Shown here in pieces: positions 1-12,214 of a DNA stretch of 64,000 bases. The translations under genes were made by a program, and so were the position numbers. The first letter of the stretch is position 1. Each line of letters starts with the position of its first letter. The notes beneath the pieces are model-generated. The model saw only the letters and a list, made by a program, of their open reading frames with translations, was not told the origin of the DNA and searched no databases. Source of the DNA: the human T2T-CHM13v2.0 reference genome, Homo sapiens; the NCBI RefSeq assembly GCF_009914755.1, contig NC_060934.1; one strand, given 5' to 3'.

Positions 1-858
1 ATTTACTTATGCAATTGACTCACGTGACTATGGAAGCTAACCCAGGATGGGCCATCAGGTTGGCGTGTGTCTTTCTGTGTGTGTTCTCTGTGTGTATCTC
101 TGTCTGTGTATGTCTTTCTGTGTGTGTGTGTCTGTGTGTGTGTGTGAGTGTCTCTGTGTGTGTGTGTGACTGTGTCTGTGTGTCTCTGTGTGTGTGCCTG
201 TGTCTGTGTCTGTGTGTCTGTGTCTTTGTGTCTCCGTGTGTGTGTCTCTGTGTCTGTGTGAGAGTCTCTGTGTGTCTGTGTCTGTGTGAGCATCTCTGTG
301 TGTGTGTCTGTGTCTGTGTGTGTCTGTGTGAGTGTCTCTGTGTCTGTGTGTCTCCGTGTGCGTGTGTGTCTGTGTCTGTGTGAGTGTCTCTGTATCTATG
401 TGTCTCCGTGTGTGTGTGTCCATGTCTATGTGTGTCTCTGTGTGTGTCTGTGTGTCTCTGTGTCTGTGTGTCTTTGTGTGAGTGTCTCCGTGTGTGTCTG
501 TGTCTGTGTGTATCTGAATGTCTCCGTGTCTGTGTGTCTGTGTGTCTGTGTGTTTGTGTGTGTGTGTGTGTCTGTGTGTCTGTCTGTCTCTGTGTCTGTG
601 TGTGTCTGTGTGTCTCCGTGTGTGTGTCTCTGTGTGTCTGTGTCTGTGTGTCTCCGTGTGTGTCTCTGTGTCTGTCTGTGTGAGTGTCTCCATATGTGTG
701 TGTCTGTGTGTCTGTGTGAGTGTCTCCATGTGTGAGTGTCTCTGTGTCTGTGTGTGTCTGTGTGTCTCCGTGTGTGTCTGTGTGTGCGTGTCTGTGTGTG
801 TCTGTGTGTGTCTGTGTGAGTGTCTCCGTCTGTGAGTGTCTGTGTGTGTCTGTGTTTC

Positions 859-902
<44 letters not shown>

Positions 903-1182
903 TGGAGATGCAGGGAGATGCTGATGTTGCAGTCTAGTCCGCAGGCCTCTGCTGCAGATTCTCTCTTGCTCCAGGGAAGTTAGTCTTTTTTTCTATCCAG
1001 GTCTTCACCTGAGCCAATGAGGCCTACCCATATGATGCAAGGTGATCTGTTTAACTCAAGGTCCATCTATTTAAATGTTAATCTCATCCAGAAACACCTG
1101 CACAGAAACATCCAGAATCAATTTTCACCACATTTCTCAGTACCAGGGCCCAGCTGAGTTGCCACCTACAATTCACCACTAG
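1..1182 (-). mobile_element. MLT2 (ERVL) LTR, MLT2C/D-like, interrupted by a TG-rich repeat and cut by the window start
   Basis: 902-1182 matches the MLT2 reverse complement (tttaaatgttaatctcatccagaaacacc...cacagaaacatccagaat...aattcaccactaga). 1-63 (aattgactcacgtgactatggaagct) is the adjoining part. Confidence 0.8.
65..901. repeat. Complex (TG/TC)-rich tandem repeat ending in pure (TG)n
   Basis: About 840 bp of tgtgtc/tctgtg units with recurrent gtctccgtgtg and tgtgagtgtctc motifs. Pure TG run at about 864-901. Confidence 0.97.
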
Positions 1183-2109
1183 AGCAGTCCTCAACTCCAG
1201 AGGCCAATGCTGGTGGTAAGCACTGAACTACAGATGGCACGACTGATCATGGTGACCTACAGGAGGGCCTTGCTTGGTGGACCCCTCTATTGATGGTCTA
1301 TCACACTCCTAGGCCAACCTCTATGCCTCAGACTGAAAGGACTCAGAACATTTTAGCATCCCCAAACAGATCTTTGCCAAATCCCTCCACTCTGCTTCTT
1401 CACTCTAAAATGGGAGCGGGAAATTGCCTCTGGGTTCTGCGCTTTCTCTGGGTTTGGCCAATTCCAAGGCACGGGACTAAAATTAGCCCTCCCTCCACAG
1501 GCTGCCTGGATGAATTCCTCTGGCGCTGTCCCTGAAGGTGCATCTGTCAGCGGCTTATGAGTCTGTCCAGTCCTGCCTTCCACTTGCTGGCAGGTGCGGA
1601 GAAGTGAGCCACTGCAGCCACTCGCCCGTATCCTTTGGGTGTTTTATGTGACTTCTGAAAGTCACTTGCATTAGCTCCAGCTTCAATCCTCTTCCCAGGG
1701 GGATGAGACGTTGTAGTGCTGCTGTGTCTGAGAAATCCAAAGCATGTTCACTGCTCTGGAGATGAGAGTTCATTGAGCAGGGACAGGAGACTCCACCAGA
1801 TCCTTTCTAATCACAGGGAGCCTCTGACCTCAGACACACTGGTCAGAACTTGTCAATAATGAAGAGAATGTAAACCCAGATAGGAATGCCCTTACCCTTG
1901 CCTGGTTTCCCGCTGTTCGGGTCTGTCATTGTTCCGTTTGCTTCATTTTACACCCTGAAAACCATATGCCCCACCTAGACAGTTTTATTCACTTTTGGGA
2001 CACTTTCTGGTGGCCTGCTAAGCTCCTGCCCAGTGCTGGGTGCCGGGAACATAGAGGTGAATTAGATACACAGGCAGCGCTGGTGGGGTCTAGTGGGCTC
2101 ATGGGAGCA

Positions 2110-2595
2110 GACGGCCTCATGGCTCTGCCCCATCCCCAGTAGCCTGTTTTGCCCTTGCTGCTACTGACACGGCACTTTCAATAGCCCACGGCTGCTGCTT
2201 CTCCTCAGAGGACTGTTCTAGGGTAATGGAGTCACTTTGCAAGGAGGCGTCTCAGAGTTTATGTTTCCACCCTCCTTCTCCAGCCCTGGCTGCCATGAAG
2301 ACAAGCCATTCAGGTACGGGGTCTGGAAGCCCAGATACTTGCCTTGGGTTGGGACAATGCTGAGGCATAGCTTACCCTCTTGAGTTCCCCTGGGGGGTCA
2401 GTCTGAAGACACCTTCTGCTTCAATTTTGCTTGAGATCATTCCCTGGCTTGGCTTCCTCCTCTTCTTGTCCTACCCACTTCCCTGCCCCCGGCTCCCTCA
2501 CCATCTTCCCTGGGAGAACGTCCTTCATAAATCACATGTGCGTGACATGACTCCTCCTCTCAAGGTCGGCTTTGGGGAGCTTTGTCCTGAGGCAG
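2110..2595 (+). mobile_element. LTR16-family (ERVL) solo LTR
   Basis: 3' end cttccctgggagaacgtccttcataaatcacatg...ctcaaggtcggctttgggg and internal ttgccttgggttgggacaa resemble LTR16. Confidence 0.65.
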
Positions 2596-3494
2596 TCATA
2601 GAAACTTAGAAAAATACGAAACCATGTGATTAAGTTTAAGGGGTGCTGGGAGAACAGTTCAAGGACTCGTGTGTGTGTGACACACGGAGGAAGGTGTGTC
2701 AGGGAAGGCTTGGTTCTACCGTGATGCTCATGGAGCATTGCTGATGGTGGCAGCGCAGGAGCAGGCTCAGCCTGCAGGGCCATGGCATTGGCAGTGCATA
2801 CATTGCTGGCTTCAGGTGCTTGGAGGTGGTGGCAGAGGGTTCATCCCTGGAGGGTTCTGCGCTATAGTCTTGCTTGTGGTTCTGACTGTGCTTTTCTTCA
2901 TCCCGTCCACCTATCTAGCTGCTTCCTCTAGGCTTTCCGGTAATACTGTGAGTTCTTTCTCGGCCTTCCTCTTTCTGTTGCAACAAAGAGCCCTGCCTAG
3001 TCCTTGAGTCACAAGTTTGGCGAGGATTGAGGAAGGGGGAAAGTGAGTGGCATGTGAACAGGCACAGAGTTGTGAAAAGGCACCCTCTTGGGGAGCTGCA
3101 GGAGTTTGGCATTACTGGGGTTGGAGTCAGGGGTGAGCTGGAGAGGGCTGGCCGCCAGTACAGAAGGATCGTATGCACTCATCTAATATGGAGATTAGAG
3201 GAGTTCTAATCTAATCTAATATAGAGATTAGAAACCTAGGTTGTTTCAGTCACTCTTTGCTTCAAAATGTCATCCAGATGTGGACATAGGCCTTCAACAC
3301 TACGGACCTAAACTCTTTGACTGTGGAATACATTGCACTCTGTTTTATTTACAAATGGACGTTTCTGTAACATCTGCTGCCTCTAACTTCCTGGATCCAT
3401 GGATACAGAGCTAACAGTAGAGAAAGGCTCTCCATTTATCTTAAATTCCAAGCTCTCTCACACAAGAGGAGCCAAGGGAAGGGGGATGATCATT

Positions 3495-3660
3495 TTCAAA
3501 GCACTTCACATTCTGTGCCTAATCTGGATGTATTATCATCATCATCTCACTTTACAGATGAGGAAACTGAGGCTCAAATAGCTTACCAAACTGGTTGAGG
3601 TTGCTCAGTTACAGAATACTGATGCTAGTGCATGAACCCAGACCCTCCGGCTCCACAGCA
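3495..3660 (-). mobile_element. MIR SINE
   Basis: MIR core tttacagatgaggaaactgaggctca. Confidence 0.8.
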
Positions 3661-4069
3661 TCCAGTCTTTCCCTATGTGCTCTTAGATGATTTATCTGCA
3701 GGTCTTGTTTCATTGTCTGCCCAGCACACATGTGAATTACAGCTCACCTCCAGTGTGGTGACAAGGCATCAATCTTATTTCTTCTGTGTCTTTCTAGTTT
3801 GGATGTGAGAGAAGACGTGCATTCATCAGGGGTGACTGAAACCGCTGCTAAGGATTCAGCTCTAAACTGACTGTAAGCCTCTGGGTTTGTAGCTAAAGGT
3901 GGGTCCAACCTTGGCAGCCAGGGACTAATAAATGAAACTATGACATCCATAAGCTTGAGATGCTGTGATTTACACTTTTGTGTAAATCAGTATCCATATC
4001 TAGTATCCACTGGCAGTGAGTTGCTGAAGCCATGAACCTATTGGGAAAAATCCATATGATGGTGACAGT

Positions 4070-4298
4070 CACCACTTACTGAATGTCCACTACATGCCAG
4101 ATACCACACAAGGCACCTTTATATGCTATCTATACAGTCCACACAAAAGTGCAGTGAGGTAGGTGGGATCATGCCCATTTTCATATGTGGAATTCAAGGT
4201 TCAGTATATTTAAGGACCTTGTCTGGAACCACACAGCTAGCAAGTGGAAAAATTGAGGTTCACACAATTTGGTCTGACTCCAAAGTCCACGCACTTCC
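4070..4298 (-). mobile_element. MIR SINE
   Basis: cccattttcatatgtgg...cacacagctagcaagtgg...tctgactccaaagtcc. Confidence 0.7.
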
Positions 4299-4307
4299 AT
4301 CTAGAAT

Positions 4308-4465
4308 CTTGCTACTCCAAGTCTTGTGCTTGGACCAGCAGCATCACCTAGGGGCTTGTTAGAAATGCAGGATCCTAGGCTCTCCCCTAGGCCTAGCTTA
4401 CCAGAATCTGGATTTTCACCAGATTCCCAGGTGATGTCTATGCACGTGAAATTTCAAGGCACTGT
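4308..4465. mobile_element. MER5A (hAT-Charlie) DNA transposon
   Basis: ggaccagcagcatcacctagggggcttgttagaaatgcag...agattcccaggtgat. Confidence 0.75.
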
Positions 4466-4651
4466 TCTGGGCTGCACAGCCTCAGCTTCGTCCTTTCAAG
4501 ATCTTGTGGATGGAATCCTGATTGCCATAATCTCAATTGAGCATGAACACGACTCTCATGGAACCTTTCCTTTGCCCTCTAGTGTGGAGAGTTGTCCCAT
4601 TTTAGTCCCCTATCTTACCTAAGGATCTTCAACCACTGGGGACTGGCCCAA

Positions 4652-4717
4652 AATCAATCAATCAATCAATCAATCAATATCTATCATTCATCTATCTATA
4701 TCTATCCTATCTATCTA

Positions 4718-4765
<48 letters not shown>

Positions 4766-4812
4766 ATCTATCTATCATCTATCTAATCTATCTAATCTGT
4801 CTATGTCTATCT
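4652..4812. repeat. Compound (AATC)n/(TCTA)n microsatellite
   Basis: Seen directly: aatc run followed by interrupted tcta runs. Confidence 0.95.
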
Positions 4813-4856
4813 AAAAAGGAGGGGCGGCCAGGCCTGTGATACTGTGATATTCCGTT

Positions 4857-4875
4857 TGGCCAGCAGGGGGCACCC
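4857..4875 (+). promoter_or_regulatory. CTCF-binding motif (candidate)
   Basis: tggCCAGCAGGGGGCAccc matches the core consensus CCASYAGRKGGCRS. Confidence 0.6.
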
Positions 4876-5159
4876 GCAGCATCTCCCACGGCAGCCTCTT
4901 GAGCAGCAGGGAGAAAGCTGGGAAGTTCAGCTTCCTGCCTGTAAGGAGGGTGCGGTGGACGGATTAAGAACAACGCTGGGAAGGAAAAGCCTGCCTGTCA
5001 GTTTGCTCCGTGTGGAGCACCCGGCTTTACAGAGCTGTGCCGCAGAGGTGGAGAAAAGCTTTTGTCAATGTGTGTGTTTCAGAGTAAGCGATGGATCTAA
5101 TCCCTGGGAAAAGCCCATGCTCGTCTCTACCGGCTGCAAACCAGCCCTGGGAGGCAGGC

Positions 5160-5330
5160 GCGTGTGGTCGGGAGGCAGGGGCCTAGCTTCTAATTTTGGT
5201 TGTGCTAGTAACTCACAGCGGGACTTTGGGACTTGGTTCTTTTTCTCAGCCCTAGTTCCCTGGGCTGTCTGAGACATAAAGTGCATAAGATCACCTCGAA
5301 GTTCTTTTCAAGCAGTAACAGTCTATGAAG
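5160..5330 (+). mobile_element. MIR (MIR3-like) SINE, degenerate
   Basis: Ends in gatcacctcgaagttcttttcaagcagtaacagtctatga, a MIR3-type tail. Confidence 0.5.
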
Positions 5331-6295
5331 TCATAATTAAAATGTCCTAGGAGAACGCTCTCTACTTAAAAGATTTTTTTTTGTTAAATCAAACTGTGCA
5401 AAGCTAATTATCACTCCTTAATTCGTCTATTTTATAATTTCCATTTTTTCTACTTAAGTTTTCTTTTTTTGGTGTAAAAGTGAACATTTATTTAAAATAT
5501 GAAAAGAAAACACAAAACACCAACTGAACAAGCGCCAAATACCACAAACATCCCCAAACCCAGAACGATGACATTGTATTTTTTACAAAATAACTTCCTA
5601 ACACATCTCTATAAGAACTTTCATCTTCCTACAGTTTTTCTTTTTCTTTTTTTTGGCTTCATATGCTGTAGTCATCTCTTCATATATTGCAATTTTATAA
5701 TATTTTTCATATAAAAAATTAAAAAGATAAGCCAACCTTTTCTCTGAGTTGATAAACTTTTGTTTTATTATTGATCGTTGTATGTGATTCTGAAGCCATA
5801 CAACTTCAGATACTGACTACTCATTGTTTGTAGTGTTGCTACAGGATTGTACTTTTCAAACAGCAAATCTGAAAGATCATATTTCACCCAATTCCCATCA
5901 ACAAAGAAAAAATTGTTGCATTTACAGCTGAATACTCTGTGTTCTTGAATATATTCTTGAGAGTTGAGAACTTCCATTTTGACTAAATGCCAGTGAGAAT
6001 TCCAGATTGTGGAATTAATTGTATATATTTGATGACTTAAAGATTTTTTCACAGATTTAACTTCTGGCTCTGTATATTCTAAGCCTTTTTTCCCCTCCAT
6101 TCCCATTTACTTCTGGTGCCAGGTACAGTGGGACACGTTCCTAGGGCGACAGAACTGGTGGTCCTGTACCTGCAGGCGAGGGTGTCAGGTGAGTGGCCTG
6201 GGGAGGAGTTCTGGAAACCATTCCCACGACAGGCTTGCTCCCTGCAAAGCTGTGCGGGGAACTAGGGGAAGTCCATCGTCACTGCTGAAGGATTT

Positions 6296-6314
6296 CTGCC
6301 TGCAGGGGGCAGTG
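6296..6314 (+). promoter_or_regulatory. CTCF-binding motif (candidate)
   Basis: ctgCCTGCAGGGGGCAGtg, one mismatch to the core consensus. Confidence 0.45.
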
Positions 6315-6674
6315 CAGGCCATTGGCTGTGGCTGTGCCAGGCTTTGACTTTACCCAGGAAAGGCTGCAGAGGGATGGGTGACTGGAAAATCCTCTTTCAC
6401 GTGTAAGTTTTTTTCACCTCTCCTGAGCTGGTTCAAACCTCAGTGTCATTTCCCTCCTCTCTGATGTGTCCTTTGTTCTCACTCACTACTCTTCTTGCCA
6501 CATTCTGAAAGTCTGGAACATTCCCAAAATCTGCTTGGAACAGACGTAGCTGCATCCTCTTACTTCAAACCACAAGTTGAGGATCAGCATAAGAAAACGA
6601 AGCTAATGTTTTGTTTATTCTATTCCTCTCAAAGATATGTCTCAGGTAGGTCTCCCTGCCTGTGAGTTTCCAAG

Positions 6675-6961
6675 TTTTTTTTTTTTTTTTTGAGACGAGG
6701 TCTCACTGTTGCCCAGGCTGGAGTGCAGTGGTGCAATCTCAGCTCACTGCAGCCTCAACTTCCTGGGCTCAGATGATCCTCCCACCTCAGTCCCTCTGAG
6801 TAGCTGGGACTACCAAGTACGTGCCACCATGCCCTGCTAACTTCTGTATTTCTTTTGGTAGAGATGGCCCAGGCTGGTCTCAAACTCTTGGGCTCAAGCA
6901 ATCTGCCCGCCTCAGCCTTCCTAAGTACTGGGATTACAAGTGTGAGCCAACATGCCTGGCC
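6675..6961 (-). mobile_element. AluJ
   Basis: Poly-T, then cactgcagcctcaacttcctgggctca and gggctcaagcaatc (J-type diagnostics). Confidence 0.93.
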
Positions 6962-7047
6962 GATTATCTAAGTTTTTATTTTATTTTATTTTTTAATTAA
7001 ACCTCATAAAAGGATGTAGTGAGCCAAACTCAGAATGAGGAAAAGTC

Positions 7048-7467
7048 TGTTAAAAAGGTAAACTGAGGCACAATAAAATTTTTAGAGTTTATTTGAGCAA
7101 ATAATGATTCATGAATTAGGCAGCTTCAAACCAGAAGTGGTTCTGGGCAGCTCCACCAAGGGAGGGGCTTTCACAGGCACATGGAAGTAAAGCCAAGAAA
7201 ATGTTTGATGGGTTAGTTGGACAGTTGCCTTGTTTGGTCTATCCCACTGGAAAGTCCCTCATAACAATTGTTAAGTTTTTGGCTGTTTCTGATTCGTTGA
7301 GCTTCAGTTTTGTTTTTCTTTCATGTAGGCATTTACAAGAAATAGCCCAAGTTAAATTTTGCTTATATTTGCAAATCAAGCAAGGTTAGAGTCACTTATA
7401 AGGCCTAACTGGTTTTGTCTCCGCAGGGATTCTTCAGGCTTGGCCCCCATTTTAATTTACTTGAACA
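7048..7467 (-). mobile_element. ERV1 MER4-group solo LTR (LTR54-like)
   Basis: TG...CA termini. Reverse strand starts tgttcaagtaaattaaaatgggggccaagcctgaagaatccctg. Subfamily is from recall. Confidence 0.7.
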
Positions 7468-7489
7468 ACTTTATATGACAAATGACTCC

Positions 7490-7730
7490 ACTTTTTCATA
7501 AAAGAAATGGCATGGAAAAAGGGGGGTGAGGTGGGGCAGTAACTTTTAGGTGAAAAAAAACAAGAGACAGATCACTGAGTGCAATGTGTGGACATTGTTT
7601 GGATCCTGATTTAAACAAACCGACTATAAAAAGACCACCTGTGAAACATGTTGGGGCATTTGTGCATGGTCTAAAAGTTAGTCGATACTGAGGAATTCTT
7701 AAGATGGTTGACTGTGATGTGATAGGTGAT
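7490..7730 (+). mobile_element. Old L1M (L1MC/ME) 3' UTR fragment
   Basis: tgcaatgtgtggacattgtttggatcctgatttaaacaaaccgactataaaaaga. Confidence 0.65.
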
Positions 7731-7974
7731 AGTTTGGATTATGCTCCAGCAAATGGGTGTCACCCTCTACTCCCCTTCCTTAGCTGTAGGGGTTAGACAG
7801 GAAGGAGGCGGCAGATGCAAAACCCCAGGGATTAGGTGACAGGGACCTTAGTTAAGGGGGTGGCAGCAGGGTTAGTGGGAAGGGGACGGACCACGAAACC
7901 ATTTTTCTCTCTCCATCTTTCCCATCTTCTTTTCCTCATACAGTTACACATTTTCTTGCCCTTAGGCTTTCCTA

Positions 7975-8250
7975 AGGGCCCTTTTCAGGATGCCCTCCCT
8001 CACTCCTTCCTCTTCCATATTCACTTAAGCCAGTCAGGACTCTGATCTTGCTGTCTCCAGTGCAGCACACTCTGTCCATTCCCTTCCCTGAACGTCCCCT
8101 GTATTCCCAGGCCATTGCTCACAGGTCAGCCCTGGGTCATATGCTTATCTCTCCAGCTGGACAAGAGACTCTTTGAGGAAGGGCCAGAACTGGGTCTGAT
8201 GTCAACTTTACTCCCTACATCCTGTGTGCTCAGAAAAAGTTCACTGATTG
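7975..8250 (+). mobile_element. L2 3' fragment
   Basis: atctctccagctggacaagagactctttgaggaagggcc resembles the L2 3' end. Confidence 0.45.
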
Positions 8251-8519
8251 AGAGGTCCACCAAGTTCACCAGGCAAACACAAGTTATCTTGGAATATGTC
8301 TTTTCATCGACAGAGGGTGACCCCAGCAGTGCCTATGCCACCTGGAGGGGAATTTGGAGGCAGTGGGAGCACCAGGCAGCAACCTGCAGACCCCCTGGAG
8401 GGTAATAAGTGACAAGGCTTTATTTCATCTTGTCCCATCCCTGACCATGGTCCTTCAGAGAAGCTGCCTTGAATAACGAGGCAGGACTTTTGGCAAATTA
8501 GACCCTGGTGGGCTCCACT

Positions 8520-8720
8520 GCAGTGGCTGTCAACACTGGCCACACGTTAGCACCATCTGGGAGGGCTTAAAACTCAAGCCTGATGGTGAGCTCTCTGTAC
8601 CTCCTCCAGACTAATTAAAGACTAATTAAAACAATCTCTGGGGAGTGGGGGCCCAGGCATCTCACATTTTCAAACCTGTTGAGATGATAATGATTGTAGC
8701 TGAGGCTGAGAAGCACTGGG
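8520..8720. mobile_element. MER5-type DNA transposon
   Basis: cagtggctgtcaac...ggggcccaggcatc...gctgagaagcactg termini. Contains an 11-bp tandem duplication (agactaattaa). Confidence 0.65.
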
Positions 8721-9854
8721 CTATGGGAGTCTTTGCCCCACTACAGAGCTGGGATTTAATGGAGCCATTTACAAAGCTGCTGGCTGGTCCTTGTTGGCTG
8801 TGCCAACAGGGAGAACAAGCTCACAGTATTTTATTTCTATATAATACAGTCAGTAGTCCCAATAGAAAGCAAGGAAAGGTTCTTAAAGCCATCTGCTTCA
8901 GGAGAAAACTGGGGTGTGGGACTTGCTGCCAAGAGGAGAAATTCAGAGGGATGGGATAGAGGCCTGTTTGCAGAAGAAAGAGGGGCTGGACAAGTAGTTC
9001 AGAAGCATTCACATTCCTTGTTCTGGGATGGGATGGGCAAGGGGCAAGAATGTAGGAGGGAGGGAGCCTGAGGAAGCATCACTACTCCTGGGAGTCATAG
9101 TATGAGGAAGAGCTCTTATGGCCCTGAGAGGATGGGGCTGCCTGGAGCCCAGGGTCCCAACCTATCACTTCCCAGGGAGGGTGAAAGTGTCCCTGTCCCT
9201 GGGGGTCCTCATGGAGGCCTCTGTGTCATTGCCAGCCCTTGCCCAGAGGATATGTCCTGTCAGGGGGAGGGTGTGGCATGGCTGCGAGCTGAGCAAGGCA
9301 GGTATAGGTGGCAGAGGGGCCATGGTAGGAGGAGAGAGGTACTAGCCAGCTCGGCCTCTCTCCCTCACAGCACTGCCCCGCTGTGTGACCGCTGAGTGGG
9401 GAAAAGGTATGAAGTACTTACATGATGCTTAAGGCACAAAAAGTAACATATTTTTTATTCTTTCTAAATGATACACAATCTAGCTCTGAGATTCAGCTCG
9501 TGAGGAAGCCAGGTCTGGTCGCTTCTGGCCTCTCCCTAAACAAGAGCTCTGAGGCTCACAGGATCCATGTTGACTGCCTCTTTCCTCTCCTTGCTCTGCC
9601 TGTTAAGGGCATGGCTTCCTCAAGAAGGCTACCCTGAAGCCCCATGCAGCAGCCCTTTCCTCTGCCTGCAGCTCGGGCTAAAAAAGCTTTGTTCCTTTGT
9701 TCTGAGACCTTGCCATCCTTGGAGTGTTGGGCCTGAAATGGGTTCTGGTTACAACTAGGAGCAGAAACCCAAACCCTTCTCCTCCTGCAACTTATCTGGA
9801 AACAAAACTTTTCTTCAATCTGCAGCATTCAAAGCTGCAAACTCTTCACCTTTG

Positions 9855-10011
9855 ACCAGCTGTTCCCATTGGATTCACCTGGGGCACTTTAAGAACTGCT
9901 GACTGACTGTCACTTCTAGATTTCCTGATTTAATTGGTCTGGGTGCAGGCTAGGCATAGAGACTTAAAGTTCCAGGTGATTCTGATCTGCAGCCAGGGTT
10001 GCGAGCTGTTG
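9855..10011. mobile_element. MER5-type DNA transposon
   Basis: cattggattcacctgggg...ctgatttaattggtctggg...ccaggtgattctgatctgcagccaggg. Confidence 0.65.
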
Positions 10012-10502
10012 CCAGCCCAATTCCTCTTCATTAGGCATAGAGAAGTTTCATGGACCCAGCTGTCTGCAGAAAGCAAGTGGCTAACATCAACACAGGATGC
10101 CAAGTCTCCCACCTGCACAGATCCAGTGTCTTTAAAAACCTGTGCAGGCTGAAAACAGTGTCTAAAGGGTGGCCCTCAGTGACCAGCATGGCACCACTCA
10201 CCTGGGTTTTTGAGAACAAAAGCTTACTCACATACTCACCTAGCAAGTAAGGGAAGCCCATGCCTTTGGGACCAAAAGTTCTGGCTGTATTTGAGGCGGA
10301 ATAAAACACAGCTGTTTCACATCCAGGTTATAGTACATTTCTAACAAATCATTCTACTACGCTAGCTTACTTCTTTTTGCCCAGTTTGAATGCCAGTGCC
10401 ATAATGCCAGGGATTACGTCTATGAGTTTTCTGCCGTATCCCTACTTTACAGGACAGAGCCTGGCACTAAGGCAATCTTTGTCACAAGAACAGATGAATA
10501 CC

Positions 10503-10641
10503 GGAATGGATGGATGGATGGATGGAAGGGTAGATGGATGGATAAATGCATGGGTGGGTGGATGGATGGATGGATAGGTGGATGGAAGAACGAATGGATA
10601 GATGGGTGGGTGGATACAGGATGAGCATGTGGATGGATGAT
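10503..10641. repeat. (GGAT)n degenerate microsatellite, probably an expanded L2 tail
   Basis: Seen directly. Preceded by acagagcctggcac (L2 3' end). Confidence 0.85.
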
Positions 10642-10695
10642 CCAGAATCACTGCCTCCTGAGATGCTCTAGAAAATCAGCCTCTCACTCAGGATT

Positions 10696-11086
10696 TGTAT
10701 TAGTTTGTTCTCACACTGCTATAAAGAACTACATGAGACTGGGTAATTTATAAAGAAAAGAGGTTTAATTGACTCACAGTTCTGCATGGTTGGGGAGGCC
10801 TCAGGAAACTAACAATCATGGCGGAAGGCAAAGGGGAAGAAGCATGTCTTACCATGGTGGAGCAGGAGAGAGAGAGAGAGAGCAAGAGGGAGAGAGAAGG
10901 TGCTAAACACCTTTAAACAGCCAGATCTTGTGAGAACTCTATCATAAGACAGCACTAGGGTGATGATGCTAAACCCTTAGAAACCACCCCCGTGATCCAA
11001 TCACCTCCTACCAGGTCTCTCCCCCAGCACTGGGGATTACAGTTCCACATGAGATTGGGATGGGGACACAGAGCCAAACCATATCG
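10696..11086 (-). mobile_element. MSTA (MaLR) solo LTR
   Basis: tgtattagtttgttctcacactgctataaag...ggggacacagagccaaaccatatc. Confidence 0.9.
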
Positions 11087-12214
11087 TAGTTCTTTTCAAA
11101 AGACAGAATTGGCGAGGGACGCCTGAAAGCAGAGCAACATGTCAATTCAATTTTTAAAAAGGTGAGAACTTCAGAGCCTAGGAAAGTTTCCTTTGAGCTA
11201 TTCACATGGTCACCATTTAAGATTTTGTGAGTAGTGACCACATTGGCCTCTCTGTCTTGTGACACACACTCCCCATGATTGGGAAGAGAAAGAAAGCACA
11301 TTCTTAGGAAAGCCATCAACCTCACAGAGTGACCTTTCAGGTACAATGATTTATAAGAGAAGAAAAAAACGCTGCAATAAAAAGATCTCTTTCTTTCATT
11401 CTTTTCCAGCTACCTTTATTCCTAAAGGGAATATCTTTTGAGTTGCCTTTTATTCCATCATTGTATAGGCCTTCTCTCTGCTACCTGTATGGAAGGGAAT
11501 CCCTCAGGGCTCAGATATTTCTGAGCAGGTGGGGGGGTGTTGGGAGGATTCAAGGTGGCTGTTGTCAATTCCTGTCCTGACCTGGTTTCATTCCAGCTGT
11601 TCCTAATTGGCATGCAGGGCCTGCCGGCTTCTCCCGTCTGTCTCTTCCTAGTGAGTGAGTAGAAGGTAGGCCATGCCCCTGAAGTATGCAGCCTCCCATC
11701 TTCCAGGGACATTGGATCCAGGCCTGTCTGCAGGACCAAGTCTTGAGTGGCTGCAGGTTCTTTGTTCACCTTATGGAAACTTTTGGATCTTGACATCAGG
11801 CCTTGAGGACAGAGGGGTGAAGAGGAAGGCAGGCCATGGCCTTAATTTTGCTCTCTCTTTGTTTAGTAAGAACTCCTCAGTCAGCAGTGTGTTCCACTAC
11901 CCTGATCAGCTCTCACCCCTGACCTTTGCCTAGGCAGGAACTAAGCCCACCAAACCGTTTTTAGACTTTGCTGTGAACAGTAAGCCCATCTCCTGGAGGG
12001 GAGTCAGTGCTCTGCCCCCCCGCCCCCCCCCCCGCCGTTCCATGCAGCAGGTGCACGAGATGATGGCTGAAGTGTGCTCAGTATCCAGCCTGCCTAAGAG
12101 GAGCCGCTCAGCTGACGTGGCTCCTAACTCAACACAGACAGTGCTGCATGCTAGAACCAGAAAGGATCCAGTGAACCAGCAAGGGGCAGCTTATTTTGAG
12201 GATGTGATCCTTCC

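Noticed and set aside
3-983. Long ORFs rich in CV/SV or TH/TQ
   Set aside because: They are translations of the TG-rich repeat, which lacks stop codons by composition.
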